A stretch of DNA of 64,000 nucleotides from an uncultured Bacilli bacterium. Lineage in GTDB: Bacteria; Bacillota_I; Bacilli_A; RF39; UBA660. Under the pieces are notes generated by a model. That model had not been told where the DNA came from. It made no database searches and worked only from the letters and a program-made list of their open reading frames with translations. The DNA lies in the NCBI GenBank assembly GCA_949065595.1, contig CARSXK010000003.1, positions 714 to 64,713 on the forward strand, read 5' to 3'. This document shows, one piece after another, positions 62,382 through 64,000 of this stretch (positions within the stretch are counted from its first letter, which is position 1; the number at the start of each line of letters is the position of its first letter). Position numbers and translations under genes: made by a program.

Positions 62382-63659
62382 ATGATAGAATCATTTGAAA
62401 TTAAAATGGAAAATGGGGAAGAAGTATTATATTGTTATATGAATTATAATTATGAATTTAGTAAAGAATTTTTTAAGGAATTAAAAGAGGTTGGCTTTGT
62501 TAAGCAAATTCAAAATTGGGTCAAGAAGAATCATATTTCTTTTTATGGGAAAAAAGTTGTAGTCCTTGCAAGTGGGATTGTCGTTGCCTCTCTTTTATGG
62601 AAGGAAGCTCCAGTGATGGAAACACCAGACTTCTTTTCTTTTTCTTCACCTGCGATTACACAAACTATCAGTGATGTTTCTATACTGGATTCTATTCCAA
62701 GAATAGATGCAACAGAAAATTTACAACAATCAGAAATTCCAACAGTAGAGGAAAATAATCCAATCCAATCAACGGTAGAAGAGGCAGATGCCATCATCCA
62801 TGATTCTGTTTCTGCATCTCCATCAGAGGCCACCCAAACACAACAGGAAGAACAACCTCAAGTCCCTGCTATTACAAACCCAATAACCATTTATCGTAAT
62901 GGAACTAAAGTGGTATTAGAATTTGAAGAATATGTTGCTGGAGTGGTCGCTGCAGAGATGCCTGCTTCTTTTCATACTTCTGCCTTACAAGCACAGGCAG
63001 TGCTGGTGCGTACTTATGCATTGAAGAGAATAGAGGAAGGCAAGGTTCTTACAGATTCTACTGATACACAAGTATATTATGATGAAAATCGTTTGAGAGC
63101 TGAATGGGGTTCTTCTTATGAATTTTATTGGAATAAGGTGAAAGAAGCTTGTCAAAGTACACAAGGACAAACTTTGCGTTATCAAGGACGTTATATTGAT
63201 GCAGTGTACCATTCTACTAGTAATGGTAAAACCGAAGCTGCTCGTAATGTTTGGGGTTATGAAGTTCCCTATTTACAAAGTGTGGATTCTCATTGGGATT
63301 ACAATACTACTTTTTATATGAATACTGTATCAAAAGATATGAATCAACTGTTAAGTTTATTTGGGATTACCAATGTACAAGATGGTGATATTGAAATTTT
63401 AAGCCGAAATGAAAGTGGAAGAGTATCGGAAGTAAGGATACAAAATCAAACCTATCAAGGAGTTGATTTACGTTCTATTTTAGGTCTACGTTCTTCTGAT
63501 TTTGATATTTCTTTAGAAAATGGAAATCTGTTGATTACAACAAGGGGATGGGGACATGGGGTAGGATTAAGTCAATATGGTGCGAATGGTATGGCTAAAG
63601 AAGGCTATTCTTATCAACAAATTTTGTCTCATTATTACCCAGGAACATCCATATCTTAA
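62382..63659 (+). CDS. spoIID: SpoIID/LytB-domain protein (stage II sporulation protein D-like)
   Basis: SpoIID domain blocks (AQAVLVRTYAL, STSNGKTE, GHGVGLSQYGA). N-terminal TM anchor. Confidence 0.75.
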   Translation: MIESFEIKMENGEEVLYCYMNYNYEFSKEFFKELKEVGFVKQIQNWVKKNHISFYGKKVVVLASGIVVASLLWKEAPVMETPDFFSFSSPAITQTISDVSILDSIPRIDATENLQQSEIPTVEENNPIQSTVEEADAIIHDSVSASPSEATQTQQEEQPQVPAITNPITIYRNGTKVVLEFEEYVAGVVAAEMPASFHTSALQAQAVLVRTYALKRIEEGKVLTDSTDTQVYYDENRLRAEWGSSYEFYWNKVKEACQSTQGQTLRYQGRYIDAVYHSTSNGKTEAARNVWGYEVPYLQSVDSHWDYNTTFYMNTVSKDMNQLLSLFGITNVQDGDIEILSRNESGRVSEVRIQNQTYQGVDLRSILGLRSSDFDISLENGNLLITTRGWGHGVGLSQYGANGMAKEGYSYQQILSHYYPGTSIS

Positions 63660-63720
63660 AAAGTGTGTTAGAAGATATTATATTTTTTTAAGGGAGGTTA
63701 TTATCGGTGGAAAGATGAAT

Positions 63721-63749
63721 TTGACAAATGATTGATTTCTGAATATAAT
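63721..63749 (+). promoter_or_regulatory. Consensus sigma-A promoter (TTGACA-17-TATAAT) driving the T-box leader
   Basis: -35 TTGACA at 63721-63726, 17-nt spacer, -10 TATAAT at 63744-63749. Confidence 0.55.
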
Positions 63750-63755
63750 GGTATA

Positions 63756-63948
63756 AAAGCTTGGAACAAGAGGAGTACAATTGTGATATTGAAAGAGAGT
63801 CTGTGGTTGGTGAAAACAGATAATAAAGCAATGTGCAGGTAGCTTGGGAGCTGAATATTTGAAAATCAGTAGAATATTCCGTATCATATGCGTTAAATAT
63901 ATAAGATAACTTATGTTATAAATTAAGGTGGTACCACGGCAATCACGT
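63756..63948 (+). promoter_or_regulatory. T-box riboswitch leader upstream of a gene starting at the window edge
   Basis: Stem-I-like AGAGAGTCTGTGGTTGGTGAAAACAG. T-box AATTAAGGTGGTACCACGG. Terminator-like CACGTCC..GGGATGTG followed by TTTTTTT. AGGAGG RBS plus ATG at 63949. Confidence 0.6.
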
Positions 63949-64000
63949 CCTTATCTAGGGATGTGTTTTTTTATTTAGGAGGCAAGGGATGATGTTACAA
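63949..64000 (+). CDS. 5' end of a T-box-regulated gene. Only 17 codons are visible, so identity is unknown (likely an aaRS or amino-acid metabolism gene).
   Basis: AGGAGG RBS 8 nt before ATGATG. The ORF runs off the window. Confidence 0.3.

Noticed and set aside
1-64000. Alternative genetic code (UGA=Trp, Mollicutes-like), considered given the low GC and the in-frame stop in the PrimPol-helicase.
   Set aside because: All housekeeping genes are full length under the standard code, and the interrupting codon is TAA, not TGA. Code 11 is appropriate.
1-64000. CRISPR arrays, rRNA and tRNA genes, IS elements and transposases.
   Set aside because: No regularly spaced direct repeats, no cloverleaf-like or rRNA-like segments in the non-coding stretches, and no DDE or serine/tyrosine recombinase motifs were found in any frame.

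Overview
This 64-kb window is a low-GC (about 30% by eye) Firmicutes-type chromosomal segment with almost all genes on the + strand. The core, roughly 5.8-64 kb, is dense housekeeping and operon-conserved content: ldh, a GH3 beta-N-acetylhexosaminidase, an NfeD/SPFH pair, a CPBP protease, a comN-like gene followed by secDF, rel-dtd, an hisS-aspS pair in which AspRS is the short archaeal/eukaryotic type, prfA-prmC, a long PolC (1588 aa), a two-ATPase FtsX/MacB-like ABC transporter, polA, T-box-controlled serS, a dacB-like carboxypeptidase, mutM, tex, a TIGR01212 radical-SAM protein, an M23 peptidase, three MOP-family flippases, a Cse60-like sporulation protein, clpC-like, spoIID-like, and a second T-box leader with a consensus promoter at the right edge. 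The left approximately 5.4 kb looks like an AT-richer accessory island. It carries a 5'-partial primase-polymerase (AEP) fused to an SF2 helicase, interrupted by an in-frame TAA. It also carries a small membrane protein and a convergent type II R-M pair: a PD-(D/E)xK nuclease candidate plus a C5-cytosine methyltransferase. Items worth a second look include a 1.26-kb non-coding stretch upstream of comN-secDF containing a toxin-like 30-codon ORF with a GGAGG RBS facing a convergent consensus promoter (type I TA-like), plus a frameshifted peptide-gene remnant. Others are a tandem pair of small BclA-CTD/C1q-like paralogs after dacB, two stand-alone kinase-fold hypotheticals (one with HipA-like catalytic motifs), and a three-hairpin RNA-like element upstream of prfA. 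No CRISPR array, rRNA or tRNA was seen. All calls are from manual motif reading without database searches.
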